Positions 49,628 through 62,343 of a stretch of DNA of 64,000 bases are shown piece by piece. Position numbers and translations under genes: made by a program. The DNA is taken from NCBI GenBank assembly GCA_016748015.1, contig JAAOMT010000135.1, forward strand, positions 1-64,000. Direction: 5' to 3'. Positions within the stretch are counted from its first letter, which is position 1. Each line of letters begins with the position of its first letter. Below the pieces are notes generated by a model. The model had not been told where the DNA came from. It ran no database searches and was given only the letters and a program-made list of their open reading frames with translations. The DNA comes from Geosiphon pyriformis uo1. Taxonomy: Eukaryota; Fungi; Glomeromycota.

Positions 49628-50680
49628 CAATGGAGAAGCAAATCAAGCAGGAAGACAAAGAATTGAGTTTAATAAAGTTTAGATTGTTTTTGTTATGTAC
49701 TTTAAAGTGTTTTTCTGATTGTTGTGGCAGGTATAAATAATCATCTATACAATAAAAAACAAAGTGGATTTTGACAACCTTACAGGGAGCACCACTTTTA
49801 TGTTATAGGTTGGAGTAACAAGCTAACAGATAGCAAAGAAGAACAGAATTGTAGAGTGATAAAAGAAATTAAAGAGAATTTAACTTCAAAGAGTGAATTG
49901 AATAAGTATGAATTCAATGTGCAAGATCAGTCTCTTAGTTACTATACTTTTCAAAAGATAACCAGAGAATCTGAAGGTAGTGTTATGGGTTGGAGTAACA
50001 AGCTAACAGATAATAAGAGAAAACAGGATTGTAGAATGATAAAAATAATCAAAGAGAATTCAACTTCAAAAAGCAAATTGAATAAGTATATATTCAATGT
50101 GTAAGATCAGTCTTATAAAATATTTCAGTCACTATATTTTTCAAAGATAACCAGAGAATCTGAAGGTAGAGAGATAGTCTATATTGTCAATAAATGATTA
50201 CACACTGATATAATTCTATGTCTCACATTGGTGCTCTTAGAATTCAATATCAGATATCAGATGTACTCTTCAGTCATGTTTTATTCAATAATCTTCAAAT
50301 GCTGCAATTACATGTTTCAGGAAAAGGGTAAGGAATAACCAACAAGTAATCTTTTATTCCAAGATGTTCAGATACTTGAAAATAAGAAAAAGAGAAATTA
50401 GCAATAAGAGAATGATTGAGATGAAAGTTGTTATTTTATTTATTTGATTTCCTTGATTTTTACATGTTTTTCTACAGCTAAGAAATTCATTGCTTATATA
50501 ATTATCAAAAGTGGTCAATGATCAGGTCAACAACTAGGTCAATGATCAAGTCAATAATTAAGTCAACAGTCAGATTATTGATCAAATCAATGATCACTAT
50601 CTAAAAATAGAATGGCTAATTATATGACATTACTGGCTAATACATATGATAATTAATAAGAAGTATAGGTTATGTGATAA

Positions 50681-51304
50681 CTAATAAAAACTATGAGTTT
50701 CAACCATAATATCATCCTCTCCAAAGAAATTGAGCCTCAGCAAAATCAAGCTATTTATAGTGTAATCTATTTGAAGAGTTTTATTTAACTCAAAGCTAAC
50801 TAATTTATTCAAGTCTTTTATAGATAGAGTGTATAATACTTGAGACAAAATGAGTTTTGTATCTAAGAGACCAAATCTTTGTATTAGAGTTTTGGCTCTT
50901 CTAGCAATGGTTAAAACTCTTGCCTGTATCTCTGAAGTTGTTTTCTTCATGAGCTTTATGTCATCTATGATTTCACCAAGGTGACCATAGAGCTCTAGTT
51001 GTCTTCCATATGACAAGTTTTTGTTTATGGGTAAGATTTCTTTAATTGTTTTTCCAAGTGTGGTAGAAGGTACAAGTATCACTGCTGTTATACTTTCTAG
51101 CAGATATTTATCCATTTTGCTACCAATTTTTTCTCTTCTAGTAGTTGTTTTCTTTGGTCTAATAACAGTATGTGTTCCACTGTTATCAGTTATGGTGGTC
51201 TGTTTTTCAATGGTCAAAGTAGCATTTGGATAGTTTTTAATCCAATACTCATGGAGAGTATAAAAGGCATTTTGAATGTTTTGATCCAGAAAATAATTGT
51301 TCAT
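50681..51304 (-). CDS. Family C accessory ORF3 (C5), open frame with a short in-frame deletion relative to C3
   Basis: Uninterrupted ORF 50681..51400; likely start MNNYFLDQN at 51304. Confidence 0.8.
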   Translation of the reverse strand: MNNYFLDQNIQNAFYTLHEYWIKNYPNATLTIEKQTTITDNSGTHTVIRPKKTTTRREKIGSKMDKYLLESITAVILVPSTTLGKTIKEILPINKNLSYGRQLELYGHLGEIIDDIKLMKKTTSEIQARVLTIARRAKTLIQRFGLLDTKLILSQVLYTLSIKDLNKLVSFELNKTLQIDYTINSLILLRLNFFGEDDIMVETHSFY

Positions 51305-51405
51305 GTCGATTGAAGATACCTCTGTTTTGGAAATGATGCATTTATTTATACTTGATTTTTGTTGATTATTTGAGTCAGTATTACCACAACAGGCAACCAA
51401 TCAGG

Positions 51406-54400
51406 TCATTTGTGATATTTCTTGAGTCGTGTGCTATGAACAGGCCGATTATTAAAGATTGTTCCAGATTGATCTTGAAGAATATAAGAATCATTGTTCA
51501 AAACTTTGTTGACTATAAAGATTCCTTTCCACTGGCTAGAGAATTTATCACCATAGACATTGTCTCTGTTTGAATGGTATTCCAATACCAAGCCACCAAC
51601 ACTTAAAGAGAGTGTTTTATAGGTTTTCTTTTTCTTAAGCTTTTCTTAGAACTGTTTTATCTTTTCAAAAGCAACTATTTGTGCTTCTACCAATGAGTCA
51701 AGAATGGTACCAAGTAATTTGCTATTGTGATCTTTTTAAAGGGTATTGTCTCAATGTTAGTTTCTATTGGTAGTGTTGCCATGTGTCCATAGAGCAGATA
51801 AAAAGGTTCATAATTTGTTATGTCATGATTCACAGTTCTATAAGCAAACAAAGCTGAAGGCAGTACTTTGTCTCATAAGTTTGTTTCTTTACTTGTTTTG
51901 GCTAGAGTTTTACATAGTGTTCTATTAAAACGTTCCACTAGGCCATTTGTTTGGGGGTGATAAGGTGAGGAAAGTTTGTGACATATTCCCATTTTTCTAC
52001 AAAGTTCTTCAACCAGTGTACTGAGAAAAGCTTTTCTTCTGTCAGATAAAAGTTCTCTGGGGCAGCCATGACAGCAAATGATATTTTCATAAATAAAATT
52101 GGTTATTGAAACTGCTGTTTGATCTGGAGTAGCTTTTGCTTCTACCCACTTTATAAGATAGTCAGTAGCTGTGATAATGTATCTATTGCCATCAGGGGTT
52201 ATTGTTAAGGGTCCAAATAGTTGGCCAACAGAGATTAGATGGATATCTTTTTTTCTATTGGGTTTTCCTCTTCTTTGACAGATATCACAGGTTTTGATGT
52301 ACTCAGCAATGTCTTTTCCCAAGGTAGACCAATAATAGCAAACTAGAGTTTTCTGAATTGTTTTTGTTTTTCCAAAGTGTCCAGCTAATGGATCAGTATA
52401 CATGTTATAGATTACAATTTCTCTTTCTTCAAATCTTATAACTCTCTGGGGGCAGTCAGAATCTTTTCTGTTTCTTTTGTATAGTTGGTTCTGGCAGATC
52501 AAATAGAAATTTAATTGTTTGCGCAAATATTCTCTTTGCTGTCGATTGTATTCCTGTGAGTATTGTCCTTTACCCAAAAATTTCATTAAGACAGAGTAGT
52601 TGTCCAAGTTCATTATCATGTTTGGTTGTGAGAGAATTACTAATAATTAGGTTGGTTTGGTTTGAGGTAGTTGTACTGTCACTGGATGGTAAGTCTAGAG
52701 AGAGCATTGGCATTTTGATAATGTGCTCCTTTGTGATGTTGAATATCATAGTTGAATTCATCCAAGTGGAGTATCCAGTGAGTTATTTTTTTATGTTCCA
52801 GCTTCTTTTTGTTGCATAACCAAACCAAAGCTTGGTGATTTGTTACCACCAAAAACTTTACCCCCAGGAGATACTTATCTCAGTAACTGGTAGCCCAGAC
52901 TACTGTTAAGCATTCCTGCTCAGTAACTGAATAGTTCTGTTCTGCTGGTGTAAGGGTTCTACTGGCATATGCTATTGCATGTTCCCTGCTATCTTCATCT
53001 TTTTGTGACAGGACAGCACCAAGTTCATAACCAGATGCATCAGTATGAAGGATAAAAGGTTGATCCAGATCAGGTTGCTTGAGAATAGGTTCTGTAACCA
53101 ATTTTTCTTTGAGGGTTTCAAATGCTTTCTGCTGATGTGTACCCCAGTGGTAATTGACATTTTTCCTAAGTAGCTGATTGAGTGGAGAGGCGATTTTGGA
53201 GAAATCCTTGACAAATTTCTGATAATAAGAAGCCAAACCAAGGAAAGAGCACAGTTCATGAACATTCATTGGTTGTCTAATGTTCTGAACTTTTTCAACC
53301 TTGGCTGGGTCAGGAAAGATTCTATTCTTTGTAATAAGATGGCCAAGAAATTGGGTTGATTGCTGTCCAAAGAAAGATTTGATTGGATTTATCTTAAGGC
53401 CAGCATTTCTAAGAAGATCAAAAACCTTTTGCAAATGTTCAAGATGTTCATCCCAGGTTTTTGAGTACACCATTATGTCATCCAAATAAACCAGAACAAA
53501 ATTTTCTTTCACTGATTCAAATACTTTGTCCATTAAGCATTGAAAGGTGGGAGGAGCATTGGTAAGACCAAAAGGCAGGACTGTGAATTCATAGGTGCCA
53601 TACTTGGTTATAAAGGCAGTTTTTTTCCAACTTTCTGGATCTATCTCTACTTGCCAAAATCCAGCAGTTAGATCAATAGTTGAGAAGAAAGCAGCACTCT
53701 TGAATTGATCTAGCATTGCATCAATTTTGGAAAGTGGGTACATGTCTCTTTCAGTAATGGCATTTAATTGGTGATAATTGACACAGAAGTGCAGAGTTCC
53801 TCCTTTTTTGGATACCACTACAACTGGGAAAGCTCATTCACTCTTGGTCTCTTGTATGAATCCAAGATCTTTCATTTGTTTAATTTCTTTCTTGATGAAC
53901 TCATCATTGTGGCGATTGAATTGATATGGCTTTAGATGGATGGGGTGAGTTTCTCTGGTGGTGATGGTGTGTTGTATCACATGAGTTTGTCCAGGGGTAT
54001 CACCTTCTTTTGAGATAACTGGGCTGTTTTTAGCCAGCAGATTTTCAATGTCTATTTTTCTTTCTTCTGGAGAGGGTTCTCTTTGTTTTACTACTAATAA
54101 TTGGATCTCAGATGATTCATTCTCAAAGGACTTCTGTATTTCTTTTAATTCATCTCTTGGTATTAGGCTAATTGGTTCCCAATCTTTGTAATAGATCAGG
54201 GATGATTTGCATTCATCACTTGGAGAATACAAGGGTTGGTTGCACCAGCACTGGGCATAAGAACCATGCCACCAATAATGGTACTTGGCTTTTTTGCCAG
54301 GCTTTTGGTCAAAGGTTCTTCTAAGGATATCATAGTAGGGCCAGCAGATCAGCTTGCCATTCACAATGATTCCTTTTTTGTTAGCTTTGACATTGTCCAG

Positions 54401-55358
54401 TTGGTGAAGGTAGTGTATGTGAGTTCAGTGGTTTCTTCTTATTCCTCTTGTTCTTCTTCTTTATCACTCTCTTCATTATCTGATTTGTCTGATTGTTCTT
54501 CTTCTTGATCCTGTTTGTTTGCTGGGGGAGTTGCCCAATGGCAGCATTTAACCACTATGGGCTTCTTACCACATCTGATGGTTAATTCACACAGTTCATA
54601 GTCGAGTAAGGCTTTTGCTTTCTTGAACCACTCATTGCCAACAATGATGGTGTATTCTTTTGCTTCAGAAACCTCCATATCAGTTTCAATGCTGATGCCA
54701 TTGATGCGGACAGGAATAGCTTTGGCAATACCAAGACCTTTCTTTTTATCACCATGTACATTGGTCATAGGTCTGGTGGAAGGTTTGTCAATTTTTCTGC
54801 CAATTGCTTCTAAGAAATGTTTGGCAATGACACTTATGGATGATCCACTGTCTAGGATCAAGTTGATGAAATAACCAGCCACTTGGGCTTTGCAAATTAA
54901 AGAGGTAATGTTGCTGTTGTTAGCAAGTTCAGCTTGACAAGAGCATTTGTTGGTTTTTGGTATTTTCTTCTTGGGGATCAGAGATTTGCAAAGATTTTTT
55001 CTAAACTGTGGATGGGTTATCAGCTGGCCAAAGGTAATATGTGCTGGGGTTTCAATGAGATTTTTAACAACAGAATAAGATCCAAATTTTGTACTATTTT
55101 TGGGGGTTTTAGCTTTGGAGGATTCTTAAAAACTTTAGCCTTTGGTGGCTTATTATTATCAGCAGTTTATGTGGATGGTTTGTTTGGATCCAAAATGAAA
55201 TCAACTTTGGCTTTCTTCTTCTTCCTTGTTGATTCTGTGGTGTTAATTGCTAGTTCATCCATGTCATGGTCATCATCAGTTAAGTTAAAGGTGTAAAAGG
55301 GGTTTTCTTCTGGTTGGCTTGCACTCTCACCCTTTGGAGGTGCGCCTACCAGTTTAAA
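51406..55358 (-). pseudogene. pol: Family C Pol (C5)
   Basis: LILDSGS protease, VYLDD RT, RNase H and integrase in ORF-track fragments. Confidence 0.93.
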
Positions 55359-56237
55359 GACTGATAAACAGTGGCTTCAACTAGGGGATCCTCTCCAAAG
55401 AAATTGATATTAGCATGATTAGGTCTTTGATTGGGGCATTGTTGTTAATGATTCTGTTGTTTTGGTTATCATTGTTTCTGGGAGCTGGAGGGAGTAAGGG
55501 AAGATTGTTGCAATCTCTTGAAAAATGTCCAGTTAATCCACAGCGATAGCACACAGGTGGGTCACGATTTTGTTGTTTTTGATAAGGTGGTTGCTGAGGT
55601 TGATTGAAGCATAGTTCAAATCTGGGTCTTTGGGATTGCTGGTTATCTCTGACTGCTTGGGCTAATGGTTCTAATAGCTGAACAAGATTTGCTGTAAGTT
55701 TATCTATTAACTGTTCATTTGGGTCTTGAGTTTGGGCAGCAAAAGAAGTAGCAGCCATTTGAGGAGCAGGAGCCATGACAGGAACAGAAGCAAAAACTGG
55801 AAGTGTAGACCCCAAACGTATTCTTTGGTTGTCTTCAATTCGTTGGGCAAGTTCAATAGCCATGTCCATTATAGGGTTATCCTTCAGAGCCAAGAGAGGC
55901 CAAAGAGCATAAGATAAATCACTTCTCAGTCTTTTTGTAAAGAAATGAATTTTTTGCTCTTCTGTCCAATTCCTTCCAGAGTCTACATGTTTGATCAATT
56001 TTCTGATTGCTTTGGCATATTTAGTCACCACTTCTCCTGGGTCTTGGGTTTTTCTTTCTGATTCCATGCACCACTTGGATATCAAGATTGGAGTTCTGAA
56101 CTTGTTTTCAAACTGGGTTGTGAAAGAGGTGTTGTTTTCTCCAGCATTTGCTGGCATCCATCTAATGATTCTTTGATGGGCATTAGCATCAGTTTCCTGT
56201 GAGAACCATGTAGCAGGGGAGCCTTGGAGGTAGCCAC

Positions 56238-56256
56238 AGATGTGTATAAGAGACAG
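56238..56256 (+). other. Tn5/Nextera mosaic-end adaptor (library/assembly artefact)
   Basis: Exact 19-mer AGATGTGTATAAGAGACAG (translates to CLLYTS in ORF 56082..56306) at a junction lacking ~0.6 kb of gag. Confidence 0.97.
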
Positions 56257-57045
56257 GCTTCAAAGTGTTCTTCTGATTGTTGTGGCAGGTATGAATAATC
56301 ACCCATACAATAGGAAACAAAGTGGATTTTGACAACTTCACAGGAAGCACCACTTTTATGTTATGGGTTGGAGTAACAAGCTAATGGATAGCAAGGGAGA
56401 ACAGGATTGTAGGGTGATGGAAATAATCAAAGAGAATTCAACTTCAATGAGTGAATTGAATGAGTATGGATTCAATGTGTGAGATCAGTCTCATAAAATA
56501 TCTCAGTTGCTATTCTTTTCAAAAGGTAACAAGGGAATCTGAAGGTAGAGGGATAGTCCATACTGTCAACAATTGATAACTGCTGATATAATTCTATGTC
56601 TCACATTAGTGCTCTTAGAATTCAATATCAGGTATTAACTTGTGCTCTTCAGTCACATTTATTCAAATAATTTTCAAATACTGCAATTACACATTTCAGA
56701 AAAGTGCCAACAAGTAATCTTTTATCCAAAAGATGTTCAGATACTTGAAGGTAGGGAAAGGAAAATTAGTGATAAGAGAATGTTTAAGATGGAAGTTTGT
56801 TACTTTATTTCTTTGATTGTCTTGATTCCTTACATTGATATTTTTCTACAGCTAAGAGACTCATCACTTATATATCTATTGAAAGTGGTCAATGACCAGG
56901 TCAATGATCAGGTCAATGATCAGGTCAATGGTCAGGTCGTTGATTAGGTCAATGATCACTATTTAAAAATAGGGTGGCTAATTATATGACATCAGTGGCT
57001 AATACATGTGATAACTAATAAAAACTATGAGTTTCAACCATAACA

Positions 57046-57104
57046 GTATGATTAAACTAATAAAAGACCAGTGTGGCTACACATAAACAAAAAAAATAAA
57101 AAAT
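57046..57104 (+). mobile_element. Family D 3' remnant (D0) with poly(A)
   Basis: ...AACTAATAAAAGACCAGTGTGGCTACACATAAAC-A(n) matches the D1-D3 3' ends; followed by family C LTR sequence. Confidence 0.8.
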
Positions 57105-57497
57105 AGATAGTAATCATTGACCTGATCAATGATCTGACTGTTGACCTAATCATTGACCTGATTATTAACCTAGTCATTGATCTGATCATTGACCACTTTT
57201 GATAGCTATATAAGCAATAAATCTCTTAGCTGTAGAAAAACATGTAAGAATCAAAGAAATAAAATAACAACCTTTATCTTAATCATTCTCTTATCACTAA
57301 ATTTCTTTTTCTTACCTTCAAGTATCTGAACATCTTGGAATAAAAGATTACTTATTGGTTATTCCTTACTCTTTTCCTAAAATGTGTAATTGCAGCATTT
57401 GAAGATTATTGAATAAAATGTGACTGAAGAGTACATCTAATACCTGATATTGAATTCTAAGAGCACTGATGTAAGACATAGAAAATTGACATGAATA

Positions 57498-59906
57498 ACT
57501 CTTTCTTTCCCAAATTTCATGACCACAACTAGAGCTAAGAGTAAAAAAGTTGCAAACAGTACTTTTCCTATAGTAACTAATAAAGTTTTAATATGAGAGG
57601 GTCTCTCTGTTATTGAATCAGCTAAGCAAAACATTCTGACTACATTTTCTTTAAAAAACATTAGTGAAAAGCTGTCTTTAGCAGCTTTTGGTTTATTTTC
57701 TTTTCCTTTGGCTGGTAGTTTTTTTCCAGTCAAAGTTCCTTCAAAAAGACATACTTGGGTTAGTTCCAGTGTTGTCTCTACTATTTCAAAAAGCCCAAAA
57801 ATTTTTAATAACAAACCAGTCAACAAGTTGGTTTTTCCTGCTCTCACCACTTCTACTACTTCTGCTACTTCTGCTTCACAAATGGCCGCAAAAGCCAAAA
57901 ATTCCAAAAAACACCAGCAAGCAGGCACAACTGCTATGGTCACATTGAACCCTTTTGTGGTTTCAGATGAGATCTTGGGTAAGATCTCCACAGCAGCAGC
58001 CAGCTCTCTTCCTAATATGGATGGCAATAGCAATAGCTCAACTCCTAATATGAAGCAAGATCAACCACTGGCTGTGTTGCCTGATGTGGTGATCTTCAGT
58101 AGATTTTCTTCTGCCATGGAAGCAAAACAGTCCATTATTTTAGATGATCTCAAAGATTGGGCTGATCAGATGGAAATGGAATCATCTACTCCTCTCCCAG
58201 TTTTTGGTATTGCTGATGGAAGTGCTTGGATGAATGTGAATGGTCAACAAAGATTCTCTGGGTGGGTGGCCTCCACTCTTGTGCCTGGTGCCACATTCAA
58301 GATCAAGATGGCTCTTCTTAATTCCTTGTTTCAGCTGCTGCCTGGTTGTATTGGGCTTAAGTTAGTTTTACAAAATGCTGTTAAGTTGTTCTGCGTGGAA
58401 TTTGCATCTCAGGAAAGTCTAACTGGTGCCCATTGGTGATGAGATTTTTTTGACCACTCTTAAGATTGCATGATCTTCTGGTGTGGCCTCTGTTTCTTCT
58501 CCTTCTCTGTTAGTTGTACTGTGTGACATACCTTTGGGTACTTTTTCTGATAACATTAAAACTGCTTTTAGCATTTTTGGTGTTGTCACATCTGTTAAGT
58601 TAAAGTCTGCAATATGCTGTGGTTAATTTTAAGGACTCTTCTTCTGCTGCTACTACTTTCTCTTACTGGTCTGTTTTGGTCAGGAAAGACAGTGTTAGGA
58701 TTCTTCCTATTGTTAACCAAAAGAAGGTTATCTCCTTGAAAGATGCTTTTAAAGCTAAGCTGGTAAATCTTTCATTTGGCTGTACTGTATTTGAAATAAG
58801 TGATCTGGTCTTCCAAGTTGGTGGCCATACATGTTTCATTCCCTGTTCCCCTGATTTTTATTAACATCAACACTTTGCTGTAATGACCTTTGATTTCTTG
58901 GAATCTTTAAATGCTGCTGTTTCAAAAACTGGTATCTTGCATGGCTGCTATATCTGGTGGAAAACTCTTGGATGTTATCACTGCTACAGATGTCAAAGTT
59001 TAGATCATTTGGCTGTGAACTACAAGGTGTTGTCACCTCTTCCTCCCAAATTCTTTTCTAATTCTGCTGGTGGTGCCAATATCTTCAAGTTATTTTTGCT
59101 GGAATTAAATCCTATGCCAAGACTGCCACCTCTGTGGTTCTTTCTATTGCTACTGCTGCTGATATAGATCTGGCTTTTGGTTTCCTCCCCAAAGGTGTTG
59201 TGTCTCTGTTGTCTGTTGTCTTTTTTGGTTCAAATGTTGTTGTTAATGCTAGGTTGGCTTTTTTGGAAACCCAACTTAGTGAACTGTCTTTGTTGATCAA
59301 ATTTATAGTTGAACCTGTGGGTTCTTTGGTTGTGTTAGTTACTAAATTATTGTTTACTTCATCTGTTATAACAGAGGCAATGAAAAAAAGTGTGGTTGGA
59401 TTAAGAAACCAAATTAATGCTGTTTGTGCTGTGGCTTCTGTGCTACAAAAAGAAGTGGGGGCCATCAAGTTAAGGAGTGAAAAGATCACTTTGACATATT
59501 TGATGATGAAGACATGGATAATGATAATAATGATAATAATGATGTTAAAAATTTTTTAGTCTATGATGACACATTTGATGCAATAATAGAATTATGAGAG
59601 GTTCAATCCTCTAATGTCAAATCCGATCCTGATCAAACTGCTAAGTAGATAAGTGGTCTTGTTAAGAGTAGTCATGAACTTGTATGCATTATGGGTAAGA
59701 TGTATGAGTTAGATATGTTTAATATATTAGGTAGCAAAGATAGTACTAACATGTAGTTAGGGCTTTCCACTTGTGGTTAGCTGTATCTTGTAATTTTTGT
59801 ATTATTGGGTGAGCTGGCTTTATAAAACCACCACATTACTGTGGGCTTAACTAATAAATGACCAGCATGGCTACACATTAACAAAAAAAAAAAAAAAAAA
59901 AAAAAA
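57498..59906 (+). mobile_element. Family D copy D2 (ORF1-only retroposon; ORF remnant 57519-59756)
   Basis: 16-bp TSD GATGTRAGACATAGAA (57468-57483 / 59907-59922); long poly(A) tail. Confidence 0.93.
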
Positions 59907-59955
59907 GATGTGAGACATAGAATTATACCAATGTGTAAAAAAAAAAAAAAAAAAA

Positions 59956-62343
59956 ACTCTTTCTCTCTTAATTTTCATGACCATGAATAAAGCTAAGAGT
60001 AAAAAAGTTGCAAACGTTACTTTTCCTATAGTAGCTAATAAAGTTTCAACACGAAAAAATCTCTCTGTTATTGAAGCAGCTAAACAAAACATTTTGGCAA
60101 CATTTCTTTTAAAAAATATTAGTGAAAAGCTGCCTTTAGCAGCTTCTGGTTCATTTTCTTCTCCTTTGGCTGGAAGTTCTTTTCCAGTCAAGGTTCCTTC
60201 AAAAAGAAACACTCAGGTTAGTCCCAGTGTTGTCTTCACCACTTCAAAAAGCCCAAAGATTTTTAATAACAGACCAGTCAATACCACTTCCACCACTACT
60301 ACTACTACTGCTTCACAAATGGCCACAAAAGCAAAAAATTCCAAAAAACAGCAGCAGGCAGTCACAACTGTTATGGTCACACCAAACCCCTTTGTGGTTC
60401 CAGATGAGATCTTTGGTAAGATTTCCACAGTAGCAGCCAGCCCTCTTCCTAATATGGATGGCAACAGCAGCAGCACATCTCCCAAGATAGGCCAAGATCA
60501 ACCACTGACTGTGTTGCCTGATGTGGTACTCTCCAGCAGATCATTGCCAATTCCAGTAGCAAAACAGCCCATTAATTTAGATGATCTCAAAAATTGGGCT
60601 GATCAGATGGAAATGGAATCAACTGTTTCTCCCCCAGTTTCTGGTGCTGCTAATGGTAGTGTTTGGGAGAATGTGAATGGTTATCAGAGGTTTTCTAGTT
60701 GGGTGGCCTCCAATCTAGTATCTGGTACTACATTTAAGATCAAAATGGCCCTGCTTGGTTCTCTGTTTCAGTTGCTGCCTGGTTGTATTGGGCTTAAGTC
60801 AGTTTCATAAGATGCTGTTAAGTTGTTTTGTGTGGAATTTGCATCTCAGGAGAGCCTAAATGGTGCCACCAAAGTAGCCATCAGTGATAAAGTTTTTTGG
60901 CCACCCTTAAGATTGCATGGTCTTCTGGTGTGGCCTCTGTTTTTTCCTCTTCCTTGTCAGTTGTACTGTGTAATGTACCTTTGGATACCTCTTCTGATGA
61001 CATCAAAACTGCTCTTGGTGTTTTTGGTGTTGTCACTTCTGTTAAGTTGAAGCCTGCTGGCTTATGGCAATACACTGTGGTTAATTTTAAGGACATTTCT
61101 TCTACTGCTGCTGCTCTCTCTAACTGGTCTGTATTGGTTAGAAAAAATAGCATTAGGATTCTTCTTATTACTAACCAAAAGGAGGTTATCTCTTCAAGAG
61201 ATGCATTCAAAGCTAAATTGGTCAATCTTCTATTTGGCTGTACTGCCTTTGAAATAAGTGATTTGGTCTTCCAAGTTGGTGGCCATACATGTTTTATTCC
61301 TCATTCCCCTGAATCTTATTAACATCAATGCTTTGCTGTGGTTACCTTTGATTCTTTAGAATCTCTGAATATTACTGTGTCAAAAACTGGTACTTTGCAT
61401 GGTTGTTGCATCTAGTAGGAAACTCCTGGGTGTCACCACTGCTACAGATGTCAAGACTTGAATCATTTGGCTGTGGACTGTAAAAAGTTGCCTCTTCTCT
61501 CACCTAAACTCTCTTCCAACACCTTTGATGACCCCAAAAATTTCAAATCTTCATTTGTTGGATCTAAATCTTATGCCAAGGCTGCTGTTGCTGATATGAA
61601 CTTGGATATTGGTGGTCTTCCCAAAACTGTGACACCCATGTTGCCTGCTGTCCCTTCTGTTCCCAATTCTGCTGTTGAATCTTGGTTGGCTTTTCTTGAA
61701 TCCCACCTTAGTGAACTATCTGTGTTGATAAAGTCCTTAGTTAAACCTGTTGGTGCTCTGGTTGCATTGGTTACCAAATTGCTGTCTACTCCATCTGCCA
61801 TGGATGTGTCAGTTAATAAATGTGTGAATAGATTGGCTAAGCAAAATAAAGGCTTGGCTGCTGTTGCCATTGTGATGCAGAAAAGAATGACACACCTTGA
61901 GAAAATATGTGAACAGATCTGCTTGGAGAATAGATCAGATGTTGATGATATGGTTGATGATGTTGATAATGAAGATAATAAAGATAAAAATTTTTCAGTT
62001 TATGATAACAGCTTTGATGTTATGATGAATCTATGAAAAGATCAGCCTTCCAGAATCAAATTCAGTCCTGATCAGACTGCTAAGTGAATGAGTGGTATAG
62101 TTAAGAATAGTCATAAGCTTGTTAGTATTATGGGTAAGATGTATGAATTAGATATGTTTGATACATTAGGTAGCAAAAATAGTACTAGTGTGTAGTTAGG
62201 GTTTTCTGCTTGTGGTTAGCCACATCTTGTGATTTTTGTATTATTGGGTGAGCTGGCTTTGTAAAACTGCCACATTACTGTGGCTTAACTAATAAATGAC
62301 CAGTGTGACTACATGTTAACATAAATAAAAAAAATAAAAAAAA
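59956..62343 (+). mobile_element. Family D copy D3 (ORF1-only retroposon)
   Basis: Perfect 18-bp TSD AGAATTATACCAATGTGT (59919-59936 / 62344-62361); A-rich tail. Confidence 0.93.
59977..62195 (+). pseudogene. Family D single ORF (~740 aa): S/T/P-rich N-terminus, RRM-like region, CCHC knuckle, coiled coil, acidic tail; LINE ORF1p-like
   Basis: VVLCNVPLDTSSDDIKTALGVFGVVTSVKL...WSVLVRKNSIRI...KAKLVNL...CYRCQDLNHLAVDC aligns by eye with the LINE ORF1 at 26400-26940. Confidence 0.85.

Larger units (their letters stand above)
32089..49980 (-). mobile_element. Family C copy C4 (3' LTR 32089-32765; truncated 5' LTR 49801-49980); hosts a solo LTR, C3 and D1
   Basis: ORF3, IN, RH, RT, PR and gag are in correct order once the three inserts are removed; PBS at ~49778-49794. 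Confidence 0.9.
49981..57045 (-). mobile_element. Family C copy C5 (3' LTR 49981-50711, 5' LTR 56359-57045); gag carries an adaptor-marked deletion
   Basis: ORF3 50681..51400, IN 51873..52619, RT/RH 52880..53818, PR 54439..54882, gag 55381..56157; flanks GTAG/GTAT are not a clean TSD. Confidence 0.9.

Noticed and set aside
56238-56256. A real Tn5/IS50 insertion or bacterial horizontal transfer
   Set aside because: It is the engineered mosaic end, single, with no transposase and no 9-bp TSD.
56642-56947. ORFs within family C LTRs (also 49856..50104)
   Set aside because: Antisense to the element and not kept open in other LTR copies; the DQVN repeats are just the 12-bp array translated.
32085-57049. 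ATAC (32085-32088) and GTAT (57046-57049) as evidence for one large element or an inversion
   Set aside because: They are reverse complements rather than direct repeats, flank unrelated sequences, and a 4-bp match is expected by chance.
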